Source: Rikenellaceae bacterium
Lineage (GTDB): Bacteria > Bacteroidota > Bacteroidia > Bacteroidales > Rikenellaceae
Length of the DNA: 64,000 nucleotides
Assembly (NCBI GenBank): GCA_047178725.1
Contig: JBCQTD010000007.1
Span: 4,903 to 68,902 of the forward strand
Direction: 5' to 3'
Of this stretch, positions 62,922 to 64,000 are shown in pieces. A model generated the notes under the pieces. It was not told the DNA's origin. It worked only from the letters and a program-made list of their open reading frames with translations, and did no database searches. Each line of letters opens with the position of its first letter. Position 1 is the stretch's first letter. Made by a program: the position numbers and the translations under genes.

Positions 62922-63635
62922 ATGCAACTATTCTACGCCCCCGAGATTACAACGCCAGAATACACACTAAGCGAGGAGGAGTCCAAACACGCCATCCGCG
63001 TGCTTCGGCTTACGAAAGGAGATATCATCCATATAACGGATGGTAGAGGTTCTATATTCTCTTGTCGCATAATTGATGAAAACGTTAAGCGCTGCCGCGT
63101 TGAGACGGAGAGCATTCAAAGCGAATACGAGAGGATGCCTTACAGTCTTGTTATGGGGGTTGCCCCGACGAAAAGTATTGAGCGATTTGAGTGGTTTTTA
63201 GAGAAGGCTACCGAGGTTGGAATCAGCGAAATATACCCTCTTCTAACAACCCACAGCGAGCGCAAAGCGATAAAGCATGAGCGCCAGCAGAGGGTGATAA
63301 CCTCCGCCTGCAAGCAGTCGCTCAAGGCCTATCACCCTATACTACACGAGATGACCGCTCTCTCAGAGCTAGTGCACTCTGATTTTGACGGAGAGAAGCT
63401 CATCGCACATTGCAACGAGCCACGCAGCAGCGAGGGCAAGAGGCTGATAAAAGATCTTATCAAGCCAGAGTCAAACACCTTGGTGCTGATTGGCCCCGAA
63501 GGCGACTTCTCGCCCGAGGAGGTGGATCTAGCTCTCTGCAATGGATTCAAAGAGATATCACTAGGCACACAACGCCTGCGTAGCGAAACGGCCGCCGTGG
63601 TGGTTGCGATAGTTGCATCAACTATAAATCAATAA
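62922..63635 (+). CDS. rsmE: 16S rRNA m3U1498 methyltransferase
   Basis: HAIRVLRL, EKATEVG, ACKQS, IGPEGDFS, LG..RLRSETA. Confidence 0.96.
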   Translation: MQLFYAPEITTPEYTLSEEESKHAIRVLRLTKGDIIHITDGRGSIFSCRIIDENVKRCRVETESIQSEYERMPYSLVMGVAPTKSIERFEWFLEKATEVGISEIYPLLTTHSERKAIKHERQQRVITSACKQSLKAYHPILHEMTALSELVHSDFDGEKLIAHCNEPRSSEGKRLIKDLIKPESNTLVLIGPEGDFSPEEVDLALCNGFKEISLGTQRLRSETAAVVVAIVASTINQ

Positions 63636-63637
63636 TC

Positions 63638-64000
63638 ATGGCATCAGGCAGAGTCAGGCTTTTATCGCTCCTATTTTCGTTTATGAAGATAGGGGTATTC
63701 ACCTTTGGCGGTGGCTACGCTATGATCCCTCTCATACGTGGCGAGGTGATCGAGAGGCGCGGATGGATCGAGAACAAAGAGTTTATGGATCTGCTCACCC
63801 TGGCGCAGAGCATTCCGGGGCCTATTGCCTTAAACTCATCGGCATTTGTGGGCTATAAAATGCGTGGTTATATTGGCGCAATAACCTCAGTCATGGGGGT
63901 TATTCTGCCCTCATTTACAATATTGCTAATCATCGCGATCTTCTTCTCGGCGATCCGCTACAACCCCATCGTAGATGCCGCCTTTAAGGGGATGCGCCCG
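63638..64000 (+). CDS. Chromate transporter (short-chain CHR), runs off window
   Basis: Translated by hand from ATG 63638: FMKIGVFTFGGGYAMIP, AQSIPGPIALN, VGYK, LPSF. Confidence 0.9.
   Translation, partial: MASGRVRLLSLLFSFMKIGVFTFGGGYAMIPLIRGEVIERRGWIENKEFMDLLTLAQSIPGPIALNSSAFVGYKMRGYIGAITSVMGVILPSFTILLIIAIFFSAIRYNPIVDAAFKGMRP

Overview
Gene-dense chromosomal window from a Bacteroidota bacterium, probably Rikenellaceae/Alistipes-like (inferred from TAnnTTTG promoters, AT-rich translation starts without Shine-Dalgarno motifs, the lpxC-fabZ fusion and gene content). It is mostly housekeeping: dxr, gyrA, rimP-nusA-infB, lpxC-fabZ/lpxA, a complete nqrABCDEF, gpmI, alaS, an AddA/AddB-like pair, pyk, aroQ, thiL and rsmE. 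There are also carbohydrate/sulfate enzymes and M16, M23 and M3 peptidases. I saw no rRNA, tRNA, CRISPR array, integrase or transposase. Four things stand out. (1) Four 151-167 bp non-coding elements in two families with unrelated IS-like ends each fold into one long hairpin, with G.T pairs concentrated on one strand and the same apical ATAG-YGG(N)1-2-CTAT stem-loop. (2) NqrC carries an extra N-terminal rubredoxin-like CxxC...CPxC domain. (3) A Planctomycete-type DUF1549/DUF1553 + PPC-repeat gene pair is bracketed by two inverted copies of one element family. (4) A 1402-aa ORF consists of two complete M3 peptidases.
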